64,000 nt of DNA from Octopus vulgaris (taxonomy: Eukaryota): contig OX597829.1 of the NCBI GenBank assembly GCA_951406725.2, positions 48,236,001 to 48,300,000 on the forward strand, in the 5' to 3' direction. Below, one piece after another: positions 12,405-27,199 of this stretch; positions within the stretch are counted from its first letter, which is position 1; every line of letters starts with the position of its first letter. The notes under the pieces are model-generated. The model was not told the DNA's origin. It saw only the letters and a program-made list of their open reading frames with translations, and searched no databases. A program made the translations under genes and the position numbers.

Positions 12405-13468
12405 ATGTGTGTGTGCGTGTGTGTGTGTATGTGTGTGTGTGTATGTGTATGTGGGTGTGTGTGTGATGTGATTTTATCTATGTGAGTGCAACTGTGTGCA
12501 ACCTTATTCTACCCGAGAAAAAATTATTCTCAAAATGCAAGACTAAGCACTTTCGCCTTTACCAAACATCCTCCTCCTTCCGTTCCCCACTCATTACCAT
12601 TTTTTTTTTCCTCTCTGGTTCCATAGAATATTGTGTCTTATCAAAGATAGCCTGTCAAAGATGGTATTTCTTTCAATGTCTTCTCGAGGCTAATATAATT
12701 GATCCATTATCCACGACGACAGAAACAGACACCCAGTATGAATGAATGTGTGTGTGTGTGTGAGTGTGTGTGTGTGTGTGTGTGTATGTGTGTATGTGTG
12801 TATGAATGAGTGTGTGTGAGTGAGTGTGTGTGTGTATGTGTGTATGAATGAGTGTGTGTGTGTGTGTGTGTGTGCATATGTATGTATGTGTGTGTATGCA
12901 TGTATGCATGTTTGTATGTATGAATGCATGTAGGTGTGTGAGTGTGTATGTATGTGTGTATGAATGCATGTCGGGTATGCATGGATGTGTGTATATATGT
13001 GTGTGTGAATGTATGTATGTGCGTATGTATGAGTATGTATGTATATGTGTGTGTGTGTACATATGTATGTATATATGTGTGTGTATGTATGTATGCATGT
13101 ATGTATGTATGAATGCATGTATCTATGTGTGTATGTGTGTATGTGCGTATGCATGTATGTGTGTATGTGTGTGTGTATGTGTGTATGCATGTGTGTATGT
13201 ATGAATGAATGCATGTTTGTATATGTATATGTATGTTTGTATGTGTGTATATGTGTGTATGAATGTGTGTGTGCATGTGTATATGTGTGTGTATGTATGT
13301 GAGGGTAAGTATATATAAATGTATGTATGTATATATGTATGTGTGCATGTATGTATGCATGCATGTATATGTGCACATATACACTCACATGCCACACATA
13401 CATACACGCACATGCATACACACATACACATATATATTAATATTTGTGTGTGTGTATGTGTGTCTGTT

Positions 13469-13515
<47 letters not shown>

Positions 13516-13535
13516 TATATGTACACACACACACA
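12185..13535. repeat. Compound (CA)n/(TG)n/(TATG)n microsatellite field
   Basis: Direct reading; a unique island lies at ~12480-12735. Confidence 0.9.
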
Positions 13536-13753
13536 TGTATTTATCTGCTTTCCCAAACCCCACCACAGCACCATCAACACCCCTGCTGTGTCTGTTGACC
13601 TTCCTTGCTTCTGGCAAACGCTTTCCACAAAGCTGATTATTCTACAGTTATTTTTAAAATGTCATTTGACACACACACACACACACAACATCTCTTATAA
13701 TCCAAGTTTTTTTTCATTTTTTTAAAACAGGTCTCTCTCCCTTTCTCCCCCCT

Positions 13754-13792
<39 letters not shown>

Positions 13793-13949
13793 TAACTGAT
13801 GTGAACACCAAATCTCTTTTTCTCTTCTTTCCTTCTCAAGTCCTTTACGTATGTTTTATATCAGCTCAACTTCCTCTTGTGTGTGTGTGTGTGTGTGTGT
13901 GTGTGTCTGTCTTCACTTTACTCTCAATTCTTTAAAGAAAGTTAAAGAC

Positions 13950-13988
<39 letters not shown>

Positions 13989-14460
13989 GACAGAGAGCAA
14001 GAAAGAGTGGTTTTGTGTGGTCAAAGGACTTACTAGAAATAAAAGTCAAGGTCTCTCTAAAATAATATTGTACTGTCTTTGAAATGGCTGGATACATTGG
14101 ACAATGTGGTGCTAGATACATAACACAGTATAGCTTTGGCTGATGTGCCATTGATTATGTTCGGGCTAATCCAAGTCTGCTCAGTTAGGGCTTATTCGGG
14201 ACTAGACAATGACCAGGGGGATATCTCAATAGATATCATAGGTCTCTTGGACTATAAGCAGTGCCCTGGGACTTGCAGCATTTATTTATTGATATTAAGA
14301 CACAAGAGTGATAATCTGTGAACCCCTAGACTCATGAGCCCTAATATTGGGATATGAGGACTATAGGGGAGCCCATGACTTAATCCTTTAGTGTTCAGAT
14401 TACTCAGTCGAATGTAATGCTTATTTATTCACATTGTAGCTTAGAGATTTCAATGATTTA

Positions 14461-14637
14461 CTGTATTTTAATGTGTATAAGGAACCCTTTTTTGTCAAAA
14501 ATTAGGTTAAAAAATATGGGAGTTTCTTATACATGGATAGTATTATAATCCCTTACAAAAACTTTTTCCAAATTTTAAGCCCATAAAATTAGGGGATTCC
14601 TTATACACGAGGGTTCCTTATACATGTTAAAATATGG
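14461..14637. mobile_element. Tc1/mariner/pogo-type MITE nested in a piggyBac-like MITE
   Basis: TIR CTGTATTTTAATGTGTATAAGGAACCCT / AGGGTTCCTTATACATGTTAAAATATGG, TA flanks. Confidence 0.65.
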
Positions 14638-15061
14638 TAATTGTTTCTTTCAGAATGACATTGTAGGCTAAATGTGAGAGGCTAGATCTGGTCAGTTTGA
14701 ACATAAAACAGGTAGAATATTTTGGCTGGATATGGCCAGTTTAACCCCTCAGTATTCAAATTATTTTGTCAAATCTAATCCTTATTTATTCACATTGTTT
14801 TGAATTAATCAAGCATAATCTCATAGCTTTGAGATTTCAATGATTTAATTATTTAGTTTTAGAATGACATTGTAGGCTAAATGTGAGAGGCAGGATCTGG
14901 TCAGTTTGAACATAAAACAGGTAGAATATTTGGACTGGATGGAGCCAGTTTAAATGCTAAAGAGTTAAGTGATAATTCGTTTCTTGATGGTCTTTGACAA
15001 TCGAATCTGGATGATTTACATTAACACCTTTAAGCATTCAGATTATCTTATCAAATGGATA

Positions 15062-15433
15062 AGGCATGGATTCACTGAAGCTCCGGCGTTTGGCGACGGA
15101 CTTGGTAAACACCCACAAAGTTATCAACCACCTCACCAACAACAACACTGAACACCTTTTTGATCTCCATGTGTCTAACACACGTGGACATGCCTACAAA
15201 GTCAGAAAACAATACAGCTGCCATGACTTTCGGAAACATTTTTTCACGCTCAGAGTTGCTGAAGCATGGAATAAACTGCCTGCGTCAGTTGTTGACTGCC
15301 ATGACACTGCATCTTTTAAGGCCCTCATGCTTTCCGAAATCCGCCGAAACTTCACCTGATTATATATACACTTTAGATGAGTTGTAGTGCACCTGAGCAC
15401 TGTACACAATTATTATTATTATTATTATTATTA
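15062..15433 (+). mobile_element. CR1/L2-clade LINE 3' end, 5'-truncated
   Basis: ORF 15066-15359 SLKLRRL..TRGHAYK..RKHFFTLRV..WNKLP is typical of the CR1 ORF2 C-terminus; (ATT)n tail. Confidence 0.85.
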
Positions 15434-16317
15434 TAAATCTAATCCTTATTCATCCACATTGTCTTGAATTAATCAAGTATTATCTCATAGCTTTGAGATT
15501 GCAATGATGGGATTGTTTATCTTTAGAATAACATTGTAGGGTAGGTGTGAGAAGCCAGACCTAGCCAGTTTGAACATAATAAAAGATAGAGTATTTAAGC
15601 TAGATATTACTGGTTTGTGTTGAAGGGCTAAAGTGCACATTAAATGTGTACAGTCATGAAATAAACCACGAGACTATTGTTTTTCTATTAACCCCTTTAG
15701 TTCTTAGATTAATTAATTAATCTATCAAATATAATGCTTATTTTATTCACATTGTTTTCAATTAATCATGCGTTATTCTCATAGCTTTGAGATTTTGATG
15801 ATGTGATTATTTAGTTTTAGAATGACATTGTAGGGTAGGTGTGAGAGGATGGATCTGGTCAGTTTGAATATGAAGCAGGGTGAATATTTGCCCCTGATAT
15901 GGTCAATTTGAATGCTAAAGGGTTAAGTGATATTTCATTCATGATGGTCTTTGACAATCATTCCTAGATGATTTGTATAAATTCTTTGGTATTCAGATTA
16001 ATCTGTCAAATATGATGCAATTGGTTTTGAAACTAATCATTCGTTATCTTGTAGCTTTGAGATTTCATTGAGGCAATTGTTAATTTTTAGAATGACATTT
16101 TAGGATATGTGTGAGGGGCTTGATCTGGTCAGTTTGAGCAAAACATTGGTAGAATATTTGGCCTGGATATGACCAGTGTAGATGTTTAAGGAGTGTAAGT
16201 GATATTTCTTTTCTTGATGGTCATTGACAATCAAATCTGGATGAGTTGCATTAACTCTTTACCATTCAGATTACTCTGTCAAACGTATTCCTTATTTATT
16301 CACTTTGTTTTTGCATT

Positions 16318-16698
16318 GGAGGCACAATGGCCCAGTGGTTAGGGCAGCGGACTCGCGATCATAGGATCGCAGTTTCGATTCCCAGACCGGGCGTTGTGAG
16401 TGTTTATTGAGCGAAAACACCTAAAGCTCCACGAGGCTCCGGCAGGGGATGGTGGTGATCCCTGCTGTACTCTTTCACCACAACTTTCTCTCACTCTTAC
16501 TTCCTGTTTCTGTTGTACCTGTACTTCAAAGGGCCGGCTTTGTCACTCTCTGTGTCACGCTGAATATCCCCGAGAACTACGTTAAGGGTACACGTGTCTG
16601 CGGAGTGCTCAGCCACTTACACGTTAATTTCATGAGCAGGCTGTTCCGTTTATTCGGATCAACTGGAACCCTCGTTGTCGTAACCGACAGAGTGCTTC
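16318..16698 (+). mobile_element. SINE family C, full length
   Basis: A box TGGCCCAGTGG, B box TTCGATTCC. Confidence 0.85.
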
Positions 16699-17403
16699 CC
16701 CTGTTTTTGTATTGACCATGCATTACTTGGCAACTTTTATATTTCAATGAAATCATTGTTTATTTTTGGAATGGAATTATAGGGTAGGTAAGAGAGGCAG
16801 GATCTGGCTTGTTCAAACATAAAACAAGTTGAATATTTGGTGTTGGCTAACAGCCAGTTTAAATGCTAAACGGTTAAAGGACAAAACCAGCAGCAGCAGC
16901 AGTAGCAGTAGCAGCAGCAACAATAACAACAACGAGTCTCACTGTTTCAGCCAAACTATGATCAAAAATATTCCATCCATGACCATCTGTTTTGTTTTTA
17001 TTTTTATCCTGATGTGCAGGAAGCCCAGGATCATATTACTTGATGTGACATTTCCTAAAGAAAAAAGGGATGTTATTTGAGAAAGATTTGGCTGTTATTT
17101 CTACCAGGTCAAGCAAATATGTACATACATACATACATACATACATACATACATAACTCTGGTAAGATGAAATGTTTCTAATTTAAATTTTTGATGTGGT
17201 TGTGTGGTTAAGATGATTCTTTCCCAACCACGTGGCCTTGGGTTCAGTCCCACTGCATGACTCCTTAGGCAAGTGTCGTCCACTGTGCTGAGCAAAGCCT
17301 TATGAGTGGATTTGGTAGATGGAAACTGAAAGTAGCTTGTCATTTGAGTCTGTGTGTGTGTGTGTGTATGCATACATATATACACACATACATATACATA
17401 CAA

Positions 17404-17434
<31 letters not shown>

Positions 17435-17447
17435 TATATATATATAT

Positions 17448-17582
17448 ATTTGAAAACCCCACTAGAATGGGAGAAAGCGCTAATGAACTAAGTGATATGA
17501 TATAAATGTAAAAAATGTAATATATAAATAAATATCTGTAAATACAAACCATCCGATCTTCTGATTACCTCATTTCTTCTAA
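17448..17582 (+). mobile_element. Penelope-like fragment in (TA)n, truncated at a U3:A8 hammerhead core
   Basis: TTGAAAA-CCCCA(CTAGAA)TGGGA-GAAA-GCGC-TA-ATGAACTAAGT; paralog at 55026-55172. Confidence 0.65.
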
Positions 17583-17593
17583 TATATATATAT

Positions 17594-17674
<81 letters not shown>

Positions 17675-17791
17675 CAGTATACAGTAGCGTTATACAGTAG
17701 TAGCATGATAAAGGATGGTTTGTTGCCAACTTAATGTGGAAGTCCCAGGAAAGGGAAGAATGCTACTACTATTTTGCTCCATCCAGCCCCA

Positions 17792-17845
<54 letters not shown>

Positions 17846-18284
17846 TGTGTGTGTTTGTGTTTGTTCCCCGCACTACTTGACAACCAGTGTTGGTTTGTTT
17901 ACATCCCCATGACATAGCAGTTTAGCCAAAAAGGGACCACTAAAATAAGTACCATTACTTAAAAAAAATATGCACCAGTGTCAATTTGTTTGACTAAAAC
18001 CCTTCAAGGTGGTGGCCCAGCATGGCCACAGTCCAAAGACTGAAAATTGTAAAAGATAAAAGATGGAAAATTTTCTGGGAAACGAATAAAAAACACAAAA
18101 GGGCATTTAGAGTCTCAAAGAATGCCTTGTTTTGTTTTCAGTGACAGTCCCACATTCTTTTGGGACATACATAAGTATTATATAATCCCTAAATATAAAA
18201 TATTTAAGGATTTTCCTTTTCATTGTGTGTTGTGTCTTGGGAGAGTCATTATGTCAATAACAAACAGATGCATATATGTGGGTA

Positions 18285-19295
<1,011 letters not shown>

Positions 19296-19424
19296 TGATA
19301 TAATTAAAATTCTTTCCATTCAACTTAAAACCCCCACTGTTCTCTCGACTTATTTCCGTTATGTTCCCTGTTTATTGCCATTTCCACAACCAAGCAATTA
19401 CTTGGTTGTTGTTGTTGTTGTTGA

Positions 19425-19457
<33 letters not shown>

Positions 19458-19638
19458 CATCATCATCATCATCATCGTCATCATCACTAAAGCGATGGAC
19501 CACCAGAATCATTGGAGTATCAGGAAAAATGCCTTGTGGTATTTGGTTTTTTTTTGAGCTTTACATTCCAGTATCAAATCTTGCTGAAGTCAGCTTATTC
19601 TTTCATCCCTCCAAGGTTGATAGAATAAAGTACCAGTA

Positions 19639-19833
19639 GGCACAAGAGTGGCTGTGTGGTAAGTAACTTGTTTAACAGCCACATGGTTCCGGGTTCAGTC
19701 CCACAGCGTGGCACCTTGGGCAAGTGTCTTCTAATATAGCCTCAGGCCGACCAAAGCCTTATGAGTGTATTTGGTAGACGGAAACTGAAAGAAGCCCATC
19801 GTATATATGTATATATGTGTGTGTGTGTGTGTT

Positions 19834-19865
<32 letters not shown>

Positions 19866-20067
19866 TGTGTGTCTGTGTTTGTCCCCCAACATCGCATGAC
19901 AACCGATGCTGGTGTGTTTACGTCCCCGTCACTTAGCGGTTCAGCAAAAGAGAATGATAGAATAAGCACTAGGCTTATAATGAATAAGTCCTGGGGTCGA
20001 TTTGCTCGACTAAAGGTGGTGCTACAGAATGGCCACAGTCAAATGACTGAAACGAGTAAAAGAGAGT
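19639..20067 (+). mobile_element. SINE family A, full length
   Basis: GTGGCTGTGTGGTAAG..GGTTCAGTCCC head, internal (TG)n, GTAAAAGAG tail. Confidence 0.85.
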
Positions 20068-20581
20068 ATACTGGTGTTGCTCAAAATTGCTGGCCTTGTG
20101 CCAAAATCTGAAGCAAACATCATCATCATCATCATCAAGGTGGTTATCTGGTCAGCATCATCAGCATGTTGGACAAGATGCTTAGTAATATTTCATCTTT
20201 TTTTTGTTGTTGTTCTCTGACTTCAAACTAAGCTGAGTTCGACTTAACCTCTCATCCTTTCAGGGGTTGATGAAATTAGTATTTGGTGAGCACAGACATC
20301 AATGTAATCAACTAGGCCCCTTCTCACCAAAATTTCAGACTTCTTGTGTCCATAGTAGAAAGGATCTTCTTCTTCTTCTTCTTCTTCTTCTTCTCCTTCT
20401 CCTCCTCCTCCTCACCACCACCGCTACCACCACTACCACCACCACCACCACCACCACCACCATCATCATCATCACCATCACCATCATCATCATCATCATC
20501 ATCGTCATCATCATCACCATAATCACCTTCACCACCACCACCACCACCACCACCACCACCACCACCACCATCATCACCATC

Positions 20582-21655
20582 AAGGCAGTGAGCTGGCAGA
20601 AATGTTAGCACACCAGGCAAAATGCTTAGCAACATTTCATCTGACTTTGCGTTCTGAGTTCAAATTCTGCTGGGGTCGATTTGTCCTTTTATCTTTTCGA
20701 GGTCAATAAAATAAGTAACCAGTTGAATACTAGGGGTCGATGTAATCGACTAGCCCCCTCCCCCAAAGCTTCGGGCCTTGTGCCTATAGCAATCCATACC
20801 TGGACTGAAATTGCATTCATGCATCCATCGCAAACAGATGCAGGTTCTTAATGTTTTGTTCCCCTTTCAGTTACTCTCCTTTAATTTTAAGTCCGCTCCT
20901 TCAAACACTTGTGTGTCATAACTGACAGGAGCAACTGTCAGAATCACACAAAATGCCTTGTGTAATATTTAACTACAACCCTTTACATTCTGAGTTCAAA
21001 CCCCACTGTGGTTGACTTGCCTTTCATCCTCCCTCAGGATGGACAGAAAAAAAAAATTTCGGTTAAGTAATGAAGTGGATTTAATTGAGTAAACTCTTGT
21101 CAGAGTTTAGATCCTTGTGCCTAATTTAAAAATTATTATTATTATTATTATTGTTGTTGTTGTTAAGGGTGGTAAGCTGGTAGAATCATTAGCTCACCAG
21201 GCAAACTGCTTAGCTGTATTTCTTCTGCATATTATGTTCTGAGTTCAAATACTGCCTAGGTTACCTTTCCGCTTTTCATCCAGCCAAGTTGTTTTTTATG
21301 TTCTGAGTTCAAATTTTGCTGAGGTCATCTTCACCTGTCATCCTTTATGGGGTCAATAAAATAACTACTAGTTTAACACTGGGATCAATGTAATTGACTT
21401 ATCCTTTTCTCCAAATTTTCTTGCCTTGTGCCAAAATTTGAAACCATGGCAAGCTGGCAGAATCGTTAGCACACCGGGCAAAATGCTTCGCAGCATTTCA
21501 TCCATCCTTATGTTCTGAGTTCAAATTCTACTGAGATCGACTTTACCTGGCATTCTTTCAGGGTTGTTCAATTAAGTACCAGTGAAACACTGAGGATCGA
21601 TGTAAACAATTTACCCCCAAATTTCAGGCCTTCTGCCTATAGTAAAAAGGATTAT
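20582..21655 (+). mobile_element. Cluster of degraded SINE family B copies
   Basis: Repeated GAGCTGGCAGAA..GTTCTGAGTTCAAATTC..CTTTCATCCTTT..GGGTCGATAAA. Confidence 0.75.
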
Positions 21656-21927
21656 TAAGCCTACCAACTATTGCATATTTAGCTGGTGTGTTAACAATAA
21701 CAACAACTACAAAAAGGTGCAACCCCCCCCCCCAAAAAAAAAAAAACAACAACAAAAAAACAAAAAAAAACAAACAATATGAATGGACTAATGGGTTCGG
21801 ATATGGAAGGAAGAAAAAAATTGCGAAGCAGGAAAAAAAATAAATGAATGTTTATAAAATTGACAAACACAAGAATAAATGAAATATAAACACAACTAAT
21901 AGAATTGTCATTCTATCTTGTGAAGAA

Positions 21928-22233
21928 TATATGTATGTATGTATGTGTGTGTGTGAGTGTGTGTATGTATGTGTGTGTGTATGTATGTATGTATGTATGT
22001 ATGTATGTATGTGTGTGTATGTATGTATGTATGTGTGTATGTGTGTATGTGTGTATGTATGTATGTATGTATGTATGTATGTATGTGTGTGTGAGTGTGT
22101 GTATGTATGTGTGTGTGTATGTATGTATGTATGTATGTATATAGTATGTATGTATGTATGTGTGTGTGTATGTATATATGTATGTATGTATGTATGTATG
22201 TTGTATGTATGTATGTGTGTGTGTATGTATGTA

Positions 22234-22292
<59 letters not shown>

Positions 22293-22374
22293 GTGTGTAT
22301 GTATGTATCTACGTACGTACGTACATACGTATGTATGTATGTATGTATGTATGTATGTATGTATGTGTATGTAC

Positions 22375-22405
<31 letters not shown>

Positions 22406-22407
22406 TG

Positions 22408-22462
<55 letters not shown>

Positions 22463-22896
22463 TTATATATATATATATCAATGTTCTTTTTATTGCTGTC
22501 ATTGTTAAGTGAATGAAAAATCTGAGTATGCCGGGTAAATGGTGTTTTGTTGTCTTTTGTCAAAGATATTCAAGAATTGCATATGTGAAGCTGTTAGTTA
22601 TTAACTTCATGTACCATTTACCGTTTCAGCGGGTGGAAACAAATTGGAGCAATTATCTCTTACATGCATGAGTATATAGGCATGTTTATGCTTTGTGGGT
22701 GTAAATTTGTAGTTATATGCGTCTACATAGTTTATATGTTTGTGAAGGATTGACGTAAGTAAATGATGTGTGTGTGTATGTGTGTGTGTGTGTGTGTATG
22801 CATATATATATATATATATGTAGATAGCTGGATATATAATACACATCCATAAATACATATATATATACATACACATACATATACATATATATATAT

Positions 22897-22934
<38 letters not shown>

Positions 22935-23148
22935 ATACATACACACACACATATGTATGTATATGTATATTTACATATATATATATATGTATGTATATTA
23001 TGTATATATATAGGTATGTATGTTTAAAATATTCAGGGTGGTTTATAAATTGTTTTACCATCATGTAGACACACACACACACATACACATACACACTCAC
23101 ACACATACTCACACACACATATGTATATACATACATACACATACATAA

Positions 23149-23199
<51 letters not shown>

Positions 23200-23249
23200 A
23201 ATATATACACACACATAGATAGATAGATAGATAGATATGGATATAGAGT

Positions 23250-23280
<31 letters not shown>
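21928..23280. repeat. (TATG)n/(TG)n/(TA)n/(CA)n field
   Basis: Direct reading; a unique island lies at ~22480-22760. Confidence 0.9.
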
Positions 23281-23281
<1 letters not shown>

Positions 23282-23584
23282 AATGATTTTACCATATGTA
23301 TATCTATATATAAATGGTAAAAATTGTAAAATCATTTATGGGCCATCATATATATTATGTGTGTGTATGTGGCTATATATAGGCCACCACATATGTGTGT
23401 ATACACGTGCATACATACACATATACAAATATCCACACACACTGACACACATATCCACACACACTGGCGTACATATCCACACATACATTTGTAAACAAAA
23501 GAGAGTGGTTTGTGCAAAGATGCTTTATTGCATAATACTACAATTGTTTCATCACCACTTTCACATCAGATGTTTACAGAAATA

Positions 23585-24016
23585 TCTACTATAATAATAC
23601 TCTTGTGTTTTTCTCTGTCACAACATATGGATGAGAAAGAAAGGGGTGACGGCAAACTGGTAGTGGGAGCGTTTCAACTATGTATGTGTATATGTGTGTG
23701 TATGTAAAAGGGAGGTATGTGAATGTTTGTATATGCGTGTGTGTGTGTGTGTGTGTGTGTAGGAGAGCCTGCAATGGAAGTGGGATGGTGAACATTCAAC
23801 ACTGAAAAGAAAACTCAAGCAGCGTTTCAACTCTATGTGAGTATGTGTGTGCGTGTACAAAGGAAGTATGTGAATGTTTGCATGTGTGAACCAGCGTTCT
23901 TTCAGTAACAAACGATGATTGATGTCACATCTCAAAAGACAATCACTAGATAACATTGATAACCATCCATATTTATATATAAAATACTACAATTAATCGT
24001 GATATTTGACAGCTAG
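23585..24016 (+). mobile_element. Non-autonomous Helitron (family 2)
   Basis: A|TCTACTATAATA start, CTAG|T end; homologous to 53476-53807. Confidence 0.6.
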
Positions 24017-24419
24017 TTTTTATATAATACATAATATTTCAGCAAATATGTATGCATATGTGTGTGTGTGTATATATATATATATATTCAAACAAGGTCG
24101 TTGCCAAAAAAACATTCGAGCAAGATCGTTGCCAGTGCCGCTGGACTGGCTCCTGTGCAGGTGGCACATAAAAAGCACCATTTGAGTGAGGTTGTTGCCA
24201 GTACTGCCTGACTGGCCCTCGTGCCGGTGGCATGTAAATGCACCCACTACACTCCTGGAGTGGTTGGTGTTAGGAAGGGCATCCAGCTGTAGAAACTCTG
24301 CCAGATCAAGATTAGAGCCTGGTGCAGCCATCTGGTTTGCCAGACCTCAATCATACAACCCATGCTAGCATGGAAAGCGGACGCTAAACGATGATGATGA
24401 TGGTGATGATGATATATAT

Positions 24420-25330
24420 ATCATCATCATCATCATCATCGCTTAACATCTGCTTTCTATGTGGGCATGGGTTAGACGGTTTGACTGGAACTATTGAACT
24501 GGATATCTGCACCAGATTCCAGTCTGAATTTGACTTGGCTTCTCTAGCTGGATGCCTTTCCTAATGCCAACCACTCCGAGAGTGTAATGGGTGCCTTTTA
24601 CATGTCACTTTTATGGCTGCTTTTACGTGTAACTGGCACAGAAGCTGTCACATGTCACAATTATGGTTTCACTTGGCTTCATTGCCAAAGGTCACGATCA
24701 CTTATCATCCCCCACCCACAAGACCCAATATATGAAGATCATGCTTCACCACTTTGTCCCACGTCTTCCTGGGTCTACCTCCTCAACAGGTCCCCTCCAC
24801 ACTTAGAGATCAGTACTTCTTAACACAGCTGTTCTCATCCACACACATCACATGACCATACCAGCACAGATGCCTCTCTTGTAATAATAATAATAATAAT
24901 AATGTTCGTCCTTCGGGTTCGAAGACGACCATTGACATCATTTGGTGGAATTGCCTCTCTTGTACACCACATCTGATGCCTCTTATGCTCAGTTTTTCTC
25001 TCAAGATGCTTATACACTGTCATATATCTACACTGACTTAACACATTCAGCAGAGCATACTATCTTCATTTCTTTCACGTTTCCTCTGTTGTCACAGCCA
25101 ATGTTCCACTGCTGTGTATGTAGCATGATTGTTCACACACAAGTGTCATACAATCTGCCTTTCATTCTAAGGGAGATACCCTTTGTTACCAACAAAGGCA
25201 GCTGCTCACTGAACTTTGCCCAGCCTATTGTTATTCTAGCAGCTACACTCTTGGAGCACCCCCCCCCCATTGCTACTAACTTGGTCACCTAGATAACAAA
25301 AGATATCATCTACTTTTAGGCATCCCCCTC
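24420..25330 (-). mobile_element. Decayed RTE-like LINE 3' region
   Basis: Minus-strand remnants ERH/RLCWYGHVM, LSIRGIRCGVQER; family E-type 3' end with (CAT)n. Confidence 0.55.
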
Positions 25331-26675
25331 CAACCCCACCGGAATTTGATGGAGCCTATTTTCAGTATATTTCTAGTGTTTATAGTGCCTGTGCATCTGC
25401 CACAGTGAAGGTACATGGCTATAGAGCATCGAGCTTACTGTTGAGAGGTTGTGAGCTGGAATCCTGGACCGGGCTGTGTGTTGTGTTCTTGAGCAAGACA
25501 CTTTATTTCACGTTGCTTCAGTTCACTCAGCTGTAGTAATGAGTTGCAACGTCACAGGTTGCCTTTCCCTTGGATAACACTGGTGGCATGGAGAGGGGAG
25601 GCCGGTATGCATGGGCGACTTCTGGTCTTCCATAAACAACCTTGCCCAGACTTGTGCCTTGAAGGGTAACTTTCTAGGTGCAATCCCATGGTCTGTGTCT
25701 AATAAATATAAGTAAATATGAGTTCTAAATGATACAGTGCATGATGATGATGATGATGACGATGACGATGATGATGATGAGGAGGAGGAGGAGGAGGCCA
25801 ATAAAGAACAATTGGCTGTTTCTATGGGATAACTTACTGAAAACTATGAACCGGATGTATGGATAGCATTAGGCACCAGCTAGACAAAAAAAAAAAATAA
25901 TAATAACAGGGTGGTGTAATATCACCATGGTCAGAGCCATAACATCTAAAAGATTAGCCTGGTAAAAAATGGAAGAAAGTGTTAGTAGAGTGAAATAACA
26001 TGTTGCCAGAAGAGAAGTTAGGCTACAAGTATATACAGCAGGGACAAAAACTGAAAGAGGAGTGATGTTGTTATTTGGTGTTTGGAAAATCAGAGATGTG
26101 AGAAGTTGTGAATTGCAAGGGTGAACAAAGATGTTGCTTGGGAGTAAGTAGATCTGAAATGATAATGGTGTACTTATCATAAGTCAGTGGTGAGAAGATA
26201 GCGATCTGGAGATGTCACTATAAGGGATTGTTGAATGTGGAAAATGTATGAGAGGGAGAAGATCTTCCTGAAGTTTGACCAGCTGTGGGACCAAGCTAGC
26301 AAGGTGGGTCATCATCATCATTGTTCGACTGTGGTCGAGACAATGGAATTTACCATGCTACGCCAGACTTCACGGTCCATCATAGCATTACGGTCCATCA
26401 TAGCATCCTGTTGCTGGATGCCTGTATCCTTGGAGATTACATCAGGGTAGGAGAGTGTGCCTCCTCTGGTATTGCGAGTAGATGGCTTCCAGAGGAGAAG
26501 AGTAGAAATTGCAAGGTAGGTAGTTAAAAGGTCAAAATGGCTGTTAAGGATATGAAGTCAAGCAAAGCAAGTGGTCCATCTGCTATAGTTGATGAGACAC
26601 TGAAAATGTCAGGTGAAATAGAAGTTATGGAAGGAAGTGTCATACCTAAGGACTAGTTTAACAATATGATCATTG

Positions 26676-27102
26676 ACTCTTTACTCTTTACTCTTTTACT
26701 TGTTTCAGTCATATGACTGCGGCCATGCTGGAGCACCACCTTTAGTCGAGCAACTCGACCCGGGACTTATTCTTTGTAAGCCCAGTACTTATTCTATCGG
26801 TCTCTTTTGCCGAACCGCTAAGTGACGGGGACATAAACACACCAGCATCAGTTGTCAAGCAATACTAGGGGGACAAACACAGACACACAAATACACACGC
26901 ACATATATATATATATATATATATATTTATACATATATACAACGGGCTTCTTTCAGTTTCCGTCTACCAAATCCACTCACAAGGCTTTGGTCGGCCTGAG
27001 GCTATAGCAGAAGACACTTGCCCAAGGTGCCACGCAGTAGGACTGAACCCGGAACCATGTGGCTGGTAAGCAAGCTACTTACCACACAGCCACTCCTGCA
27101 CC
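26676..27102 (-). mobile_element. SINE family A, full length
   Basis: (ACTCTTT)n tail; high identity to 19639 and 36370 copies. Confidence 0.85.
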
Positions 27103-27199
27103 TACAAGACTGTTACAAGAACAAACAAGATGCTCTTATGGAGATCACTGCTAGCTCTAGCTGTTCATGCAACTGTGTGCTGCCATTTGTTGGTATGCT

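Larger units (their letters stand above)
14381..16877 (+). mobile_element. Tandem cluster of ~6 piggyBac-like MITEs (~220 bp each) with nested insertions
   Basis: Units begin TTAA-CCCT..AG and end GCTAAAGGG-TTAA; starts near 14381, 14741, 15021, 15688, 15978, 16251. Confidence 0.75.

Noticed and set aside
5692-16390. tRNA genes at GGCTCAGTGGTTAG / GGCCCAGTGGTTAG heads
   Set aside because: They are tRNA-derived heads of multi-copy SINEs that continue into shared bodies, some with TSDs
22530-22625. GGTAAATGGT/ACCATTTACC inverted pair as a pre-miRNA
   Set aside because: Only ~10-12 bp of pairing with a long unpaired interior
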